Of a stretch of DNA of 64,000 nt, positions 48,860-61,136 are shown one piece after another; within the stretch, counting starts at the first letter, position 1; each line of letters begins with the position of its first letter. The DNA lies in NCBI GenBank assembly GCA_032718475.1, contig JAUCBJ010004084.1, positions 1 through 64,000 of the forward strand, given 5' to 3'. The position numbers and the translations under genes are program-made. The notes below the pieces were generated by a model, which saw only the letters and a program-made list of their open reading frames with translations, made no database searches and had not been told where the DNA came from. This DNA is from Nemertoderma westbladi. Lineage: Eukaryota > Animalia > Xenacoelomorpha.

Positions 48860-49212
48860 TGTTGTTAGTTGATTCACAATAGATTCTTATAACAAAGAAT
48901 AGGCTTGAATATAAAACTATATATTGAGCGATATTGATAAATCCGATTGTAATAACTATTGACGAATATATAATAAACAATTAATAGCCAAACACCAATG
49001 AACACAACTTTCGAAACCAAGGCGTCACGCACAAGTCAACGTTAGTCGGGCCAATGATAAAAGACTAACTACCGATGCCCTAGTAGCATACGGTAGGTTT
49101 AACTACAAGTACAGCAGTATCGCTTACCGGTACTGAGTAACACGTAAACTCATAAGTAAAAAAATAATCTACCGGTACTCGCTGATAAGCTAATTCAAAA
49201 TTCCCTCTCACA
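48860..49212 (-). repeat. Copia 3' LTR (353 bp, TG...CA)
   Basis: Follows the PPT; ends where host repeat B resumes. Confidence 0.8.
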
Positions 49213-49483
49213 AATTCCCCCCTACTTAAAACTTTGAATAAAGTGAACAAAAATTACATTACTTAACTTACAGTAAGTCAATGCAATAATCCGCTAAAGA
49301 TAATAGTTCTTGGCGATAATCGCAACATTTCCTAAAAAAATTACTGTATCAAACAAATATATAACACCAAAAAAAAAACTAAAAATGCCATCAATATCAT
49401 AGTTAGAATAGTAATTTAAATCATTGAATAGTAAATCAAAATTGCGAAAGCAATACAGTACAAAAGTTCTGTAATTAACCCAA

Positions 49484-52400
49484 TTACATCGAAACAATAA
49501 AATCGTCTTTGGTAACTTTACGCGGGTTCTTTTTCGTCAATACATCGGCCAAATTCTTCTCTGAAGCAATTAATTTCAGTTTCCAATCATTCCTTATGAT
49601 CCCTTCACAGATATACGAGAAATCTATCAACAGGCGTTTTTCCAATGGTGTTCCTCGTTTACCGGAAACAGCGTCAAACAAAGATTTATTATCAGTGTAC
49701 GCTTCTATCGCAGTAAAATAACCAGTTATCCATTCAATGATGTTCCGAACAAAACAGGCAGCATCTAGACCATCGACCAAAGCAATTGTTTCGGCTGATA
49801 AAGCGCTCTTAGCAACTCGTCGTGTCTTAACGGATCTCCACGAAATTAATGAACTACCCCAATAAATAATATACCCACACCAACTGGGTAAATCAAACGA
49901 GGCATCACAATAAACGGTTAGCTTGTTAGATTCCACCTTGGTATAATGTAAACCAACATTCGCTGTGTGCTGTAAATAACGTATTAATTTGTTAATCGTA
50001 TTCTTCGTAACATCTGTCATTTCTTGGTTATTTAACATGGAAAGTGAACCAACATGAAATGATATGTCTGGCCTCGAAGTTCCAGCCGCCCATAAAAGTT
50101 TGCCGACAATTTTCCGATTAATATTTGGTTTATATTGATTATCCACTTCATCAACTGAAAGCTCTATTAAATTTGAAACAAATTGAGATTGATTAATTTC
50201 AATCAAACCATTTTCTGAACGACGAATCTGCATACCAAGAAAATTGCTCCACTCTGAGGACAATATTTTCTTATATCCAATGGTCAATCGATGTGAAAGT
50301 TTGTTTAATACGACTCCAAATTCTACAGATCCTATAGAAATGATGTCATCTACATGGACTGCCATACAACCAATTATTTCCTCTGTCGAAGTTTTAAAGA
50401 CAAATACAGCTCTGTCCGACGGACAAGATTTTCCATTAAGAATACTTAGCTCTTCGTACAATCGATTGTACCATTGACGTGAGGCATCAGTTAAACCGTA
50501 CACGCATCGTTTTAGTTTCCAAACATAGCCTGGTCTCGCATAATCACGCGGTGGTATAACAAAAACATCTCTAGAGATATTAGACCCTTGAAGGAATGCA
50601 GTCTTAATATCAATAAACGTGATATCCCAGTTGTTCGTTAGAGCCAAAACTAGCAGCAAACGTATAGATTCTTTGGAGCAAGTTGGAGAATAAGATTCTG
50701 GATTATCCAAATCTTCAAACCCTCTAGCTACCAATCTCGCTTTTGGTACTTTTGCGCCATGGGGTGTTTCCTTCCAAGTCAATACCCATTTGGTAGTCAC
50801 GGTATTCATGCCTTCCTTAAAAGGTATTTCTTCATAGACATCATTAGCTGCCCATTGACTCAACTCGTCAAGCTTGGCAGCCTTAAATGGATCGAAGCTG
50901 TCATTATCATTAGCATTAGAGTTGAACATAGCCACTTCACACGATTCAACCTCAGATTCCGGATTTTCTGCAGGACCTCTCAAGCGATTTCTTAGTGGGT
51001 AAGTCTTGGTCTGGCTGTCTTTGACTAATTTTCTAGAACTACAAGATCCATTTACACCACCATTAACATTCTCATTGATTTGAGTTGGACCACTCTCCTT
51101 ATGAGAAGTATTGGAATGACCCGGATCGAATTCATTATGATGTGTTATCGGTACAGTGTTATCTGTTTGCTCTTTGTATGGTAAATTAAGTGGTGCGTCT
51201 TGAGATGGCGAATCATTATTGGTGGAAGGTTCGGAATCGGGAAGGTCATTCTCATCAATATTGTCGAGGTTTGAATTTCCTTTATTGATAATTGGTCTTA
51301 CAAAATTCTTGTGACAACGGAAAAATATTCCTCCCTGTTTAATCATGTATTCACAGCCTTGACGAGAAACAACTACGCCAGGACCACACCATTTCTTGAA
51401 ACGATTGCTGAAATAGTAGACTTGATCTCCACTAGCAGAGTGTATTATTGATGGTCGGATATTTCGTGCCAAAGCTCGCCGAACGCGTGAACTAGCCTCA
51501 ACTGTGGCATATTCCTTACGAACTTTATTTAACAGCTCGAGGTGTCCTTCAACAGACGATGCTGATTCACAAGCTTGATCCAACGCAGTAAGCTTATCGG
51601 TTAACATACTATTCAGATATGGACCTCTACCAAACACAATATGGTGAGGTGAGTATCCAGTCGCATTGGGCCAGGAGTTCTTTGCTAGAGAAATCATCCG
51701 AAATAGTTTATAATTACTTGAATTTGGCTGCTCCAGTTTCACCTTTTTAAAAATTTCTTTGACAATCGAATTATGGCGCTCGACAATGCCATTCGAAAAA
51801 GGACAGTAAGGCACTGTTGACTTATTAGATATGTTGAGTTTTTCGCACATTTCATTGAACAGATGGCTAACAAATTCCTTTCCATTATCGGTAAGAATTC
51901 CTTTCGGCTGACCAAATACAGACACCCACATGTCCAGAAAGACGTCGATGATCGTTGTAGTTCGTTTGTCTTTCACAGGTGTGGCAATACTATATCGACT
52001 AAACAAATCTATGATGTGAATTGCCCAGTTACCTGTCTCAGGAATTAAAAATAGGTCTGCAGCTAATACTTCATTGAAAGAATTAGACAAAGGCAATGAT
52101 ACAATTGGCCTAAATGGTGGTCTACTAATTAGGCTGCATGGCTGACATTGATCGATAACAGCTTGAATTTTTTACTTGGTGGTATCAAGGCCAGATTGAA
52201 TAATTAACTTGTAGAGTGTCTCACATCCAGCATGACCAAATTGACGATGTAGTTTATCCAATTCTTTATCACTCAAAGCTGATGTTGACACTGCCAAATA
52301 ATTCGTAGAACTTCCACACCGTTGAGTGTAGAGTACGAGATGACCATTGCGGAAAAAAAGTTTGCATTCAACACCATTTATTTTGATGATCCTTTTGGCA

Positions 52401-53776
52401 ATGTATATAACCGCGTCAAGGTTCTCAAGGGTGTTACTCGATAGAAGTAGCGGCAGCGTGCCTGATATAATATCAATAATAATTTTGTACCGGCTATTTG
52501 CGATATAAATTGGCACAATTACAGAAAATAACGCTTGTTGCCGTTCACCACCCCCAAATATAAACACGGTGTTTGAGTGTAACTGTTGTAGTTGTGAGAT
52601 ATCTAGTTTGCTAAAGGTCAAGAAACTGTTCAGCCATTCTTCTCCAGCTACAGTTTTAGTACATCCGGTATCAACAATGAGGTAAGGCACTGAAGGCTCA
52701 ATAGGACTCCTCGGAATATTTGAAGACAGGTAGACATTGTTGTTATCGTGATTATCATCTTCGACAATAGCATTACCATTATCACCATTATCCTGATTAC
52801 CAGCTAAATCATGGATGTGTGGGCAGAAATTGATTGAACAATAAACAGAATCACAAAAGTTGCATCGAAACGCTTTATCCTTATCAGGGCATGAATTGGC
52901 AAGGTGTAAAATAGAATTGCAAATATGGCAGCGAGGATTATTTTTGTGCGGACATTTATCAGCCCAGTGTTTTTGTGACAAACAAATTCGGCATGGATTA
53001 GATGAACTTGGACCTGAAGACGAAGTTTTATTACCAAAACTTTTATTACCATGACTAAATCGGTTGCGTGCTCTAAGTTGTGCTGAATATAGAGCCATAC
53101 CAGAACCATCATCATCATGAATTGCAGACGCTTCATTGCTTTTACCGAAGAAACTAGGCTCGACCTTAATTGCATCTTTATAACTATCTTCTTCACACAA
53201 AGTAGAACTTGAAAACTTAGAAAACATACGTAAGACATTACTACGTACATCCTCTGATTTCAGGGTAGAAGTTGCTAGAAGAAGGCGTCGTTCATACTCT
53301 GATATATTACAGCTATCAATCAACTGTGCGGCAACAACTGGATCGCTTAAAGTCATTTGATGCATTTTCATTTTATTTAGTACTCTGTCAAAATCGGCAA
53401 CAAAGCTTTTCATGCTTTGTGACTCCTTTCTTTTTAGCTTTTTAAATTTCGTAAAGCATTCAAAAGCGGATTCTTCTTGTCCTTGCTTGAAAATATCATC
53501 AAGAATCTTCAATAATCTCTCTAAACCGTCATCCTTTTCTAGGTCATCTAAGTCAATGTCTAGAGCCCTTTCTTTAGCTTTGCCTTGCAATCGTCGGATA
53601 ATTGCTAAAGCTCGTTTTCTTTTTCCTAGGTCAGTTATCCTATTCCATACATCAATTTCCTTTCTCCATAATTCAAAATTTGTCGAATTTGGATCGAAAA
53701 TGGGTGGATCTCGAATAGATGAGAACCGAGTATCTGGTCCAGCAGCAGCTAATTCGTCCATATCGCTATCATTCAT
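49484..53776 (-). pseudogene. gag-pol: Copia gag-pol single frame with one in-frame TAA (52172-52174)
   Basis: CCHC knuckles, protease IVDTGC, IN LHRQFGH..CQPC/ADL/TDNGKEF/NGIVER, RT KARLVARGF/DIKTAFL/YGL/HVDD, RH YCDAS/AET/TDNKSL/NLADVLTK; the 534-aa and 870-aa ORFs are in frame, 75 nt apart. Confidence 0.93.
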
Positions 53777-54484
53777 GATTTTTAGTAAGATGAAAGATGC
53801 AATTACTTAGATCTGGTATGTCTGTAGGCCTATATCTTACTCGTCCCTCTCACATATGTGAATTGTAACTAAGCCATATCGTTGCATGTAGTTTAAGTCA
53901 TAGCTCTGTTTATATAGATAGAGCGCCACGTCCAAAAGGAACTGTTAATATTCCCCGAAGGTGAATAATATTGTCAGAGATTATATAATACTGTCAGTCG
54001 AATAATACATTAGGCTTACATAGCAATAAGATTAAGCCGTCGAAGTCAATCTCCCGGGTATATCCAGCGGGTGAATGATCGCGCACAGATTGGTTTCAAC
54101 TAGTGTAGTGAATCAAATACTTGTCAGAGGCTAAAAGCGATTTATTATCTAGAAGACATCCTAATTTGGCGGGTTAAACTGCCAAAGGTCTGAAAGCGCG
54201 AACAATAACGGATATAGCTTCTGGATTGCGGTGTAAGCAATCTAGTCGAAAGTACCGGTCGACCGGTAACCAGTAGGCCTGACTGCCTGATCATCCGGAC
54301 CGGTACCTACAGTAGTACAGGTACAACAGTATTATTCGATTGTGGTATTGTATACCGGTAGGCTGTTTAAGAGATTAGGGACTGTACACCCCTTGTTTCT
54401 TTTGGAGCTTACTTATTTCTGTCAGTTTTATTTATTTGTAGGCCAGTATTGAGCAGAAGGCGTGTAAGCCTGCTCAGATTGTAC

Positions 54485-55058
54485 AGATAATTTGTAGGCT
54501 TGACTGTTGGCTAACTGTTGATTAGGTCTGAACGGATTGCAGTGCATGTAGAGTGTATGTCCGATAAAGAACGGTTAGGAAGTAGGGGCAGCCATAGCTG
54601 TAAGGTAAACCCCCATCTAAAGAATAAGTCGTACTACTGGGTTAGAACGCATACTACTTAACCATTTCGGAGTCTGCATGTCCTGTGGTTTATTTAGGCT
54701 TGATAGTAGTCTGCCATCGTTTGGTCTGTACTTTGTTTGTGTAGTCTGTACGGGTAGCGTATAATTTTATTTAGATAATTTGTAGGCTGGATAGTTGTCT
54801 GGCTGTTGTTGGGTTTGAGGAAATTTCGGTGTGTGTAGAGCATCTGTCCGATAAAGTGCTAAGTTAGGAAAGTAGGGGCTTCAAGTGCTGTGAGGTAAAC
54901 CCCCTGTGAAGAATAAGTCGTACTACTGGGTTAGAACGCATACTAACTAATCATTTTGGAGTCTGCATATACCGTAGTTTGTTTAGGCTTGATAGTAGTC
55001 TGACAGTATTTGGTCTGCATTTTGTTTGAATGGTTGTACGCGTAGCGTAATATTTATT
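54485..55058. repeat. Tandem duplication (period 288 bp) in the long leader of the BEL-like element
   Basis: AGATAATTTGTAGGCT at 54485 and 54773; AAGAATAAGTCGTACTACTGGGTTAGAACGCATACTA identical in both. Confidence 0.9.
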
Positions 55059-56402
55059 ATTCAGAGTTTATGCGATTATTCGCAACATTCATATCCCCAA
55101 GTTTGTTCCTACAGTAATTGTGTTTGTTATACATACCGTTATAGTTAAACTAACCCCGGTACTACATCAGGGCTGCTCGGCGTAGGTAAAGACTGGAGAT
55201 TTTGTGCTTTGGTCACTCCGGCAGATACCGTGGTTCTTTTGGCTGTTCAAGTATTTTTAACTACTGATTATTTGTTGTACAAGTACTTGTACCTAATTTA
55301 GGGTTTAGTGTACAGTACTTTCCGAAGGTGATTAGTGTGTAGGCAGTATATTTGTGTTGTAAAGTGGTTAATAGGCACGTTGGTTCTGGTAGACCGCGGT
55401 AATTAATCTCTAGGTAGGAACACTCCGTGATACATAACGTAGTACCTATAGCGATACGGTTATAGGTCGTCAGGCGGTGGTATTTTCCTATCTGGACAAC
55501 GCAGTATATTTACTACTACTTATTATTTTCAAATACCGTAGTAACCTGTCCGTTGTAATAACCAGATATTCTAACCCTTTGTTAGGCTGGTTAGTAGACT
55601 TCTTGTAAAATTACCCTAAAAATTTGTATTTGTGTATTTGCAATTAAATTTTTGTGTTTATTTAGAGATTGTAATCTCAACCCGAATTGTACGTAATTTG
55701 TAGTATTAAGTAACTTAGGTAAATTAGAATTATTTGTTTTAGTGTCTAACAAGTAGCACTCCACTGAGAGCGCACAGCTTATGTGTAGTGACTCCCCCAG
55801 AAATAATAACATTTATTTCAAACATTGACAAAACCCATTAAACGGGTATATATATATATTATAAATCAACTCAAACGATTTATAAATAGTAGGCCTGCCA
55901 TATAACAATTAGGTCTCAATATCAGTTGGACTACTGCTTAAATAACGGTAATAAAGTAAGTTAAAGTAACCAAGTAACCCTTAAAATTCAGAAATTCAAT
56001 TATTCTAAAATAATTGACATACCGGTATTTACAATAGGCTTATTATATTTATTTCTATAAATTTTAGGTTGAAATCATACCGGTATTCTGTAATTAATTC
56101 TAGTCTGTAATTATACTTATATATATACACTATAAGTGTAAAATGCATACAGGTATTCACGATAGGCCTATTATATATTTATATATATTTGTGCTAAAAT
56201 TATATACCGGTTTCTGTGATAAACTAGTCTGTAATAATACTTATATATACTATAAGCATACCGGTATTCTAACATTATATATATATCACGCTACACTGAG
56301 TAGCAGTATCGGTAATTAATTACTAGGCTAGCAGTTAATGCTGAATTACTAGACTTGCTTAGACTGTAATATAACAGTAGGCATTCAACTGTGTAAACAA
56401 AC

Positions 56403-59400
56403 ATGTCTGATACTAAGCAGAACCTGTCAGACAGTTTATTAGAGGTAACTATCTGCGACTCAGATAGAGGTGTAGAACCGTCTAGTCCTAAGTTCAGTTC
56501 ACCTCCCACTGTGAGGAAGGTCATCCCTCCAGTAGTAATAACAGAACCTAGGCTGGTCCAACATCGTAGGTCTATCATAGGCACTCGAGCTCAGGTCAAG
56601 CGGGACCAAGAAGCAGCGGAACAGCAACAACCCGCGAGCCAAGAACTTATTTCTCAGCGGCCCAACAGCTCCAGTAGTGAGGATACTGTAGAGTTGACAC
56701 CCGAGCGCGGAGCAAAGATGACGGATGCAGTTTATTCGGATCCCCTTCTCATCCTGCCTGCGGCCGTACTCACTAGGTTATTGATCGCGGTGGAAGAACA
56801 CCAGATCGATTGGGCGAGAAGTAAGCGATCAACTAAAGATAGTTATGAGGGATACACAAGGGAAGAACTGAAGTCTATGGTCGAGTCGCAATGGAACTTC
56901 CCCGGACCCGGACTCCCATTTGATTTATCAGAAGCTGCCTGGGAAGACATACACCGGATGGGAGTAGCCAAGGAGACCACCGATCCAGCTGTGTGGAAGA
57001 GGTCCGCAGCCGGATACGCACAGGGATTCTTCAGCTCTATGGAGCGAGTAGAAAAACAACTGTTTCAACAACCCCAAGGACCTCAAGAGCAGGGACAACT
57101 GCTTTATCAAGTTAGAGAAAGAATTCTACGAATCAGGCTAATCTTATCAGCCTTTGAGGAGGCTTCTAAAAGAAGACAAGACACGTCGTTGCAAGTTGCT
57201 GTAAAGACTTGGTTTCAAAAGGTGAGTCTCCAGGTTCAAGGAACGGCTCAGTGGAAAGCCCAATTAGATGAGCGCTCAACCCATGGAGAATCAACAGACG
57301 CTACATTTTCCCAAGTGGAGAGTGAAGCGACAGCAGAGAAGCCGCATAAGAGGGATGCTATTGATATCTATCTGTCGGACTATCAACGTTTTGTAGGTGA
57401 TGAAGAGCTGAGGAGAAGGCTAGAGGGACTTAGCCCTAATAGTGAAGGAGCCCAGCGTGTGTTGGACGCCATCGATGTGGATATGAGAGCTGCGAACCAA
57501 GCTAAATTTGATGAAAACATCCGCCTCACTAAGGTTCAAGAAGAACAAGTAAAGAAAAAACGTATAGAAGACAGAAAGATAGCAGCAGCGGCAGCAGCAG
57601 TGGCAGAAGCAGAAAGAAAGGCAGCAGTGGCAGAGGCCGAAAGAAAAGCGGCCTTGGCAGCTACAGTGGCAGAAGCAGAAAGAAAGGCGGCTTTGGCAGC
57701 TGCAGTGGAAGAAGCAGAAAGAAAAGCGGCTATGGCAGCTGCAGTGGCAGAAGCAGAACGAAAGGCGTCTGAGGAGCCTGCCCAACTAGAGTTGGAAAAT
57801 CTTCAAGAGAGGCAAGACAACTTTAATAAACAGTTAACAGCAAGTAATATGCAGATGATGAATCGATCTACTCCCAAGAGGCAAGGTTATACATCATCTG
57901 AGGAAGGCGATACCACAGATCATGAAGGCGGAGGAAATCGATCTCGCCTAAGCAGACATAAAAAAATGTCCCACCGTCAGAAATTGCCTGATTTGCCCCC
58001 AGCTGTTCGAAGGCAACTAAATAACACAAACTTAGGTAGTACAGAACCCACAGACCAAATAATTAAAATAGAAAGACTCCCTACTATAGTAGATGAGCCT
58101 GAAATAATTAGGCCTGTTCTTGAAATCACCCCTTCGGTGATAGAGACACTTGTACTCCCAGAACCTACCTTTAAATTCCCATTACACAGCACCAAATTAT
58201 CTGTGCCTAGAGGAACAGCCCTTGAAACAGTGTCGGTCCTGGACTCCGAGCGAAATATAAAGGATATATCGCCCGTAGTCCCTCGTCTGCCCGCTACGAC
58301 GTTGGCGGATCCCGCTTCGGCGGTTGATTGGGTGGACGAGAGACGGCGGGGGATGGACAATCTCCTCGGAAAGATGGAGGAGAATCGAGTACGCTCCTCC
58401 CAACAGGTCCGAGAGTTAGAAGGGACTGTTCAACAGTTAAAGGGAACTGTAAAGGAAAGTAGGTTAGAGTTGCAAGAAGTGCAGCAAAATATCGCGCTAG
58501 AACGTGATAAATTAGTGAATTTACAAATGGGTATACCACCACCCCCTGTAACAATGTGTCAACCTGTTAGGTCTGAAGTATTTCATGCGCAAGGTGTGGA
58601 GCCTACACGCATCTATACTGCTAGCGAAGTAGAAACTCCTATAGTGAACCCTATTAAGAGTAATTATAGACCTGTTGATAATGATATTCCCTATAGACCG
58701 GATCATAATCCGAGAAATTTATATACCGATAACTCGATATTAAATAACACGATGGCCCAAGAAAGTTTTACGCGTCAAATGGCTAGAACCGAAGCCCGTC
58801 AAGCGGTAAAGATGGGAGAGATAGTCAAGTTCAATGGAGATGAGATGAAATGGTTACCTTTTAATGAATATTATAAAGATAACATACAGAACTCTGTACT
58901 ATCTAATGGAGAGAAACTTAGATTCCTCATCGAGTGCTTGGAAGGATCTCCCAAGTTAATGGCGTTAAAGTTTATTGGACATCCAGATGGATTAAGACAA
59001 GTTTGGGATACAATAAACATCAGGTATGGTAATAGGACTAACATAGCTAGGTATTTGTATGCAAAATTAATGGCGCCCCGAAAGTTTCTTAGCAGCGGGA
59101 TTATAGAGTTTTCCGACGAAATTCAGGAGATCTGTAGACAGCTAGATTGGTTAGGTAAGTCTCATGAATACCAGAATTCTATGGTTGTAGGAGCCTTAGC
59201 ATCAACTCTGCCAAAGGGTGGAGTAGGTACATGCTGGGACAAGACAGTGTTATATATGATGGAACAACAACGACGAGACCCTACCATGGCTGATCTCATG
59301 TCATTCTTGGATGGCGAAGTGAAATTACAGCTCATAAAGCAGTCCAGAGAGAAGACACCGGAAAACAAGGTAAGTGAGAAACCCGTCTCTAGGAGAAAGG

Positions 59401-61136
59401 TAACACCAGTGTGTTATACAGACGACGGCGAAAGCCAGACTTCTCAAGGAGAGGATAGCGGGAAAGACACTGAAAGATCTTACTATGACAACAAAGCGAC
59501 TAAGGACGTAAGTAAATTCAAGTCTCGAACCAATGACAGGAGAGAACAGGTAAGAAAAACTCCTCCTACGTCTCCTAAGAGAATTCAAGTGAGAAAGCCC
59601 GAGGAAAGAACGAGCGTGCACCACACAGCACATGTTAAAGTAAGTAACATCAAACCAAAATGTGTGCTGTGCGACGGGCCCCACCGTTTGAATATGTGTG
59701 ATAAATTCCTAAAGAAATCATTAAAGGATAGACGTGAAGTCATGTGGGATAAGCGGTTGTGTTATAATTGCCTCAGACGAGGACACCAACGGCGAACCTG
59801 TTACTCCGACGCAAGGTGTGCGAAGTGCGACGCGAAACATCATATTTTGTTGCACACCGAATTCGAAAGAAACAGCCCGAGTCAGGTAAGTGAGTCCAAA
59901 CTACATGTCCAATTCAGTGATGTGAACGACACTGACCAAAGTTCTGAGATGGAAGGATTCTATACGGACGAATTCTCCGACCAAATTTCTGAAATGGAAG
60001 GATTCTATACGGACGAATTCTCAGACAAAAACGAATCCTGTTACTTAATAAATACCGCAGTGTATCGAGCACTTACGTATGAGAAGGAAACCGACAGTGA
60101 GCTCCCCCTAACTACTTCTGACAGACAACCATCTTGGAAAGCGCCACCTTCCAATGTAGGAATCCGAGAATTTCCTGTAGTCCAGGTAAGGGTCCACGGA
60201 CCTAAAAGGAGTTATGTAGTGAACGCCCTCCTTGACTCCGGTAGCACAGGAACATTCATCGACAAAGAACTAGCCGAAAACATCTTTGCTGGACAACCCA
60301 AGTTCCGAACTAAGCTAAACATGTCAGGAATTATGCAAGTTTGGAAATCTACCGTAATAGCGGATTATTATGTAGGCGCGTTGTCCACCCCCCAGGATGA
60401 ACTAGGAGAACACAGCATAAGGTCAGTGAAAATGGTAGCGATAAAGAACTTCGCGACCAGCCAAGTGGAACCTTATAACTGGGATGAGGACGATTTCACC
60501 CAGCAGTTTGGAATACCTAGATTCAACACCGATTACCCTGGAGTCCAAATACTCATCGGTCAAAATGCGCATGAAGCGCTCGAGACATTGGAGAAACGGC
60601 CTGCTCAACCGCAACCTCTACAAGTTTATGCGGGAAGAACTAGAGTAGGTTGGTACTTTACTGGCCCTTCTCGTAGAACTCTTATGGAAAGATTACCAAA
60701 AGAACAGGTATATCGATTAAGTGAACGGGAAGTGGAGAGCAGTGAAGTTGACGACCCAACTGAGGAAACACCATACTCCTCAGATAATGACGATATCAAC
60801 TCCAATGTAGATCAATGGAGACATTGCCCCGAGACGATCAATCTAGCCGACATCGCTTCCAGAGGAGCAACTCCTCAAGAACTTACAGATACTCCAAACC
60901 GGTTAGGTGGACCCGACTTCCTAAGTAAAGAAGATGAATGGCCTCCTCAGCTTACCCCGGTGAAGATTAGACAGGCCAAGGGAGCGGAGAAAGTAACACA
61001 ACCACTCAATCGCCCAGCTGGTCGTTTATGTTTACTGGAAAGAGACCGAAAACTGTCCGGAAACTATGGAAGGCAAGATACTCTTCCCACGACCACCTCC
61101 CAAATCCAACAAATATCTAGGGACTCCATAACGTAA
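56403..61136 (+). CDS. gag: BEL/Pao Gag-protease ORF (1577 aa) with RT, most of RNase H and integrase deleted in frame
   Basis: VKFNGDEMKW, CVLCDGPH..C, CYNCLRRGH..C..CAKCDAKHHILLH, ALLDSGS, RTRVGW, then directly WRHCP..NLADIASRG..WP and the IN tail RPAGRLCLLE; PPT-like GGAGTGGGTG at 61145. Confidence 0.9.
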   Translation: MSDTKQNLSDSLLEVTICDSDRGVEPSSPKFSSPPTVRKVIPPVVITEPRLVQHRRSIIGTRAQVKRDQEAAEQQQPASQELISQRPNSSSSEDTVELTPERGAKMTDAVYSDPLLILPAAVLTRLLIAVEEHQIDWARSKRSTKDSYEGYTREELKSMVESQWNFPGPGLPFDLSEAAWEDIHRMGVAKETTDPAVWKRSAAGYAQGFFSSMERVEKQLFQQPQGPQEQGQLLYQVRERILRIRLILSAFEEASKRRQDTSLQVAVKTWFQKVSLQVQGTAQWKAQLDERSTHGESTDATFSQVESEATAEKPHKRDAIDIYLSDYQRFVGDEELRRRLEGLSPNSEGAQRVLDAIDVDMRAANQAKFDENIRLTKVQEEQVKKKRIEDRKIAAAAAAVAEAERKAAVAEAERKAALAATVAEAERKAALAAAVEEAERKAAMAAAVAEAERKASEEPAQLELENLQERQDNFNKQLTASNMQMMNRSTPKRQGYTSSEEGDTTDHEGGGNRSRLSRHKKMSHRQKLPDLPPAVRRQLNNTNLGSTEPTDQIIKIERLPTIVDEPEIIRPVLEITPSVIETLVLPEPTFKFPLHSTKLSVPRGTALETVSVLDSERNIKDISPVVPRLPATTLADPASAVDWVDERRRGMDNLLGKMEENRVRSSQQVRELEGTVQQLKGTVKESRLELQEVQQNIALERDKLVNLQMGIPPPPVTMCQPVRSEVFHAQGVEPTRIYTASEVETPIVNPIKSNYRPVDNDIPYRPDHNPRNLYTDNSILNNTMAQESFTRQMARTEARQAVKMGEIVKFNGDEMKWLPFNEYYKDNIQNSVLSNGEKLRFLIECLEGSPKLMALKFIGHPDGLRQVWDTINIRYGNRTNIARYLYAKLMAPRKFLSSGIIEFSDEIQEICRQLDWLGKSHEYQNSMVVGALASTLPKGGVGTCWDKTVLYMMEQQRRDPTMADLMSFLDGEVKLQLIKQSREKTPENKVSEKPVSRRKVTPVCYTDDGESQTSQGEDSGKDTERSYYDNKATKDVSKFKSRTNDRREQVRKTPPTSPKRIQVRKPEERTSVHHTAHVKVSNIKPKCVLCDGPHRLNMCDKFLKKSLKDRREVMWDKRLCYNCLRRGHQRRTCYSDARCAKCDAKHHILLHTEFERNSPSQVSESKLHVQFSDVNDTDQSSEMEGFYTDEFSDQISEMEGFYTDEFSDKNESCYLINTAVYRALTYEKETDSELPLTTSDRQPSWKAPPSNVGIREFPVVQVRVHGPKRSYVVNALLDSGSTGTFIDKELAENIFAGQPKFRTKLNMSGIMQVWKSTVIADYYVGALSTPQDELGEHSIRSVKMVAIKNFATSQVEPYNWDEDDFTQQFGIPRFNTDYPGVQILIGQNAHEALETLEKRPAQPQPLQVYAGRTRVGWYFTGPSRRTLMERLPKEQVYRLSEREVESSEVDDPTEETPYSSDNDDINSNVDQWRHCPETINLADIASRGATPQELTDTPNRLGGPDFLSKEDEWPPQLTPVKIRQAKGAEKVTQPLNRPAGRLCLLERDRKLSGNYGRQDTLPTTTSQIQQISRDSIT

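Larger units (their letters stand above)
48860..53854 (-). mobile_element. Ty1/Copia LTR retrotransposon (possibly GalEa-like), 5' LTR mostly deleted
   Basis: Domain order gag-PR-IN-RT-RH; PPT AGTAGGGGGGAA just before the 3' LTR; both LTR starts read TGTGAGAGGGA on the minus strand. Confidence 0.9.
48005..54204 (+). repeat. LTR-like repeat family B, split by the Copia insertion (48005-48859 + 53855-54204); probable 5' end of the BEL-like element at 56.4 kb
   Basis: Both halves match the reverse complement of 20066-21330 and are contiguous there. Confidence 0.7.
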
